The notes under the pieces: model-generated
The model's input: only the letters and a program-made list of their open reading frames with translations
What the model was told of the DNA's origin: nothing
The model's database searches: none
Assembly (NCBI RefSeq): GCF_004010195.1
Contig: NC_057754.1
Coordinates: 12,102,760 to 12,150,994, forward strand
Direction of reading: 5' to 3'
Source: Chiloscyllium plagiosum
Lineage: Eukaryota
Length of the DNA stretch: 48,235 nucleotides
Part shown: piece after piece, positions 46,885 through 48,235 of the stretch
How positions within the stretch are numbered: the stretch's first letter is position 1
How the letters are laid out: every line of letters starts with the position of its first letter
Translations under genes and position numbers: made by a program

Positions 46885-48235
46885 TTGAGTGCGAGCAGCA
46901 ACTAAGGTAAGACAGCTTGTTTTAAAATTACTTACCGGTAGCGGGCAGCGGTGTTTTTTTCTCTCTTTACAGAAAGAGCGGGAGCAGCAGGGGGAAGTGA
47001 CGAAGACCAGAGGGGCAGCCGGGTAGGTTTTTTTTCCCTTTAAAAGCGCGCAGGAGAAGAACCCGAGGCACTACAGAGGTAGTGTCTCCCACCCGCCCTC
47101 CTCCTCTAACCTAAATAATAAGACCCGTTGTGGTAAGTAGGTAAGTGCTGCATTTTGCTTGTTGTATTCTTTAGACCCAGTTTTTTTTTTAAAAGGTTAC
47201 TTTCAGAGGGATGGCAGTGAAGGCAGCGCAATGTTCCTCTTGCAACATGTTTGAGGTGAGGGATGCCATGGACGTCCCTGCTGAAAACACTTGCAGGGAG
47301 TGCACCCATCTCCAGCTCCTCCAAGACCGTGTTAGGGAACTGGAGCTGGAATTGGATGAACTTAGGATCATTCGGGAGGCAGAGGGGGTCATAGATCGGA
47401 GCTTGAGGGAAGTAGTAACTCCAAAGATGGCAGATAGATGGGTGACAGTGAGGGGGACTGGGAGGAAGCAACCAGTGCAGGGACCCCCTGCAGCCGTTCC
47501 CCTCAAGAACAAGTATACCGTTTTGGATACTTGTGGGGGGGACGACTTACCAGGGGCAAGTAACGGGGCTCAGGCCTCTGGCACGCAGCCTGTCCCCGTT
47601 ACTCAGAAGGGAAGGGTGAAGAAGAGCAGAGCAGTAGTAATTGGGGACTCGAAAGTTCGGGGCACAGATAGGCGGTTTTGTGGGAACGAGAGAGACTCAC
47701 GTTTGGTATGTTGCCCCCCAGGTGCAAGGGTACGTGATGTCTCTGATCGTCTTTTCCGGGTCCTTAAGTGGGAGGGAGATCAGCCCGAAGTCGTGGTCCA
47801 CGTTGGCACCAATGACATAGGTAGGAGGAGCGCTGAGGATGTAAGGCAGACCTTCAGGGAGCTAGGTTGGAAGCTCAAGGCTAGAACGAACAGAGTTATT
47901 GTCTCTGGTTTGTTATCCGTGCCACGTGATAGAGAGTCGAGGAATAGGGAGAGAGAACAGTTAAATGCGTGGCTACAGGGATGGTGCAGGAGGGAGGGAA
48001 TCCGGCTTTTGGATAACTGGGGTTCTTTCTGGGGAAGGTGGGACCTCTATAAACAGGATGGTCTACACCTGAACCTAAGGGGCACCAGTATCCTTGTTGG
48101 GAGGTTTGCTAGTGCTCTTGGGGGGGGTTAAATTAACTCTGTAGGGGCATGGGAACCCAGACTGTAGCTTTAGGGTGCAGGACCTGGAATGTAGGGAGGT
48201 GAGGAACATGGCATCAATTTCCAAGGAGGGTGCCT
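46885..48235 (+). mobile_element. 5' end of a young, possibly full-length CR1 LINE (5'UTR and ORF1; continues beyond the window)
   Basis: GC/CpG-rich 5'UTR followed by an uninterrupted ORF1. Confidence 0.88.
47211..48131 (+). CDS. CR1 LINE ORF1 protein: C4 zinc finger, coiled coil and SGNH/GDSL esterase domain
   Basis: CSSC...CREC; heptads LQLLQDRVRELELELDELRII; SGNH blocks VIGDS, PGA, HVGTND and DGLHL. Open for 306 aa. Confidence 0.92.
   Translation: MAVKAAQCSSCNMFEVRDAMDVPAENTCRECTHLQLLQDRVRELELELDELRIIREAEGVIDRSLREVVTPKMADRWVTVRGTGRKQPVQGPPAAVPLKNKYTVLDTCGGDDLPGASNGAQASGTQPVPVTQKGRVKKSRAVVIGDSKVRGTDRRFCGNERDSRLVCCPPGARVRDVSDRLFRVLKWEGDQPEVVVHVGTNDIGRRSAEDVRQTFRELGWKLKARTNRVIVSGLLSVPRDRESRNREREQLNAWLQGWCRREGIRLLDNWGSFWGRWDLYKQDGLHLNLRGTSILVGRFASALGGG

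Overview
Eukaryotic, transposon-dense vertebrate DNA with two assembly gaps. It is very probably from a shark, inferred from the many HE1-type tRNA-derived SINEs sharing a 3' tail with CR1/HER1 LINEs. Only one host gene is supportable: a two-exon, minus-strand class A GPCR of the GPR139-like type (exon 1 24107-23906, exon 2 15800-14893, phase-1 GT-AG intron of 8105 bp, 369 aa after splicing). The rest is nested retroelements: four decayed Gypsy elements (two show the Gmr1-type order, integrase before RT) plus a solo LTR, many CR1, Rex/Babar and Tx1 LINE fragments, eight HE1-type SINE copies, a Tigger-like MITE, and several Penelope-like pieces carrying hammerhead ribozyme cores. The most unusual structure is a young 1.6-kb insertion (39051-40638) with a perfect 13-bp TSD. 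It has two 240-bp hammerhead-bearing direct repeats around ~0.9 kb of unique non-coding DNA plus an inverted copy, resembling a retrozyme or a Penelope-mediated transduction. A young CR1 with an intact esterase ORF1 and two intron-like 66-nt segments in its 5'UTR starts at the right end. Family names come from motif recognition, not database searches, and boundaries of old repeats are approximate.
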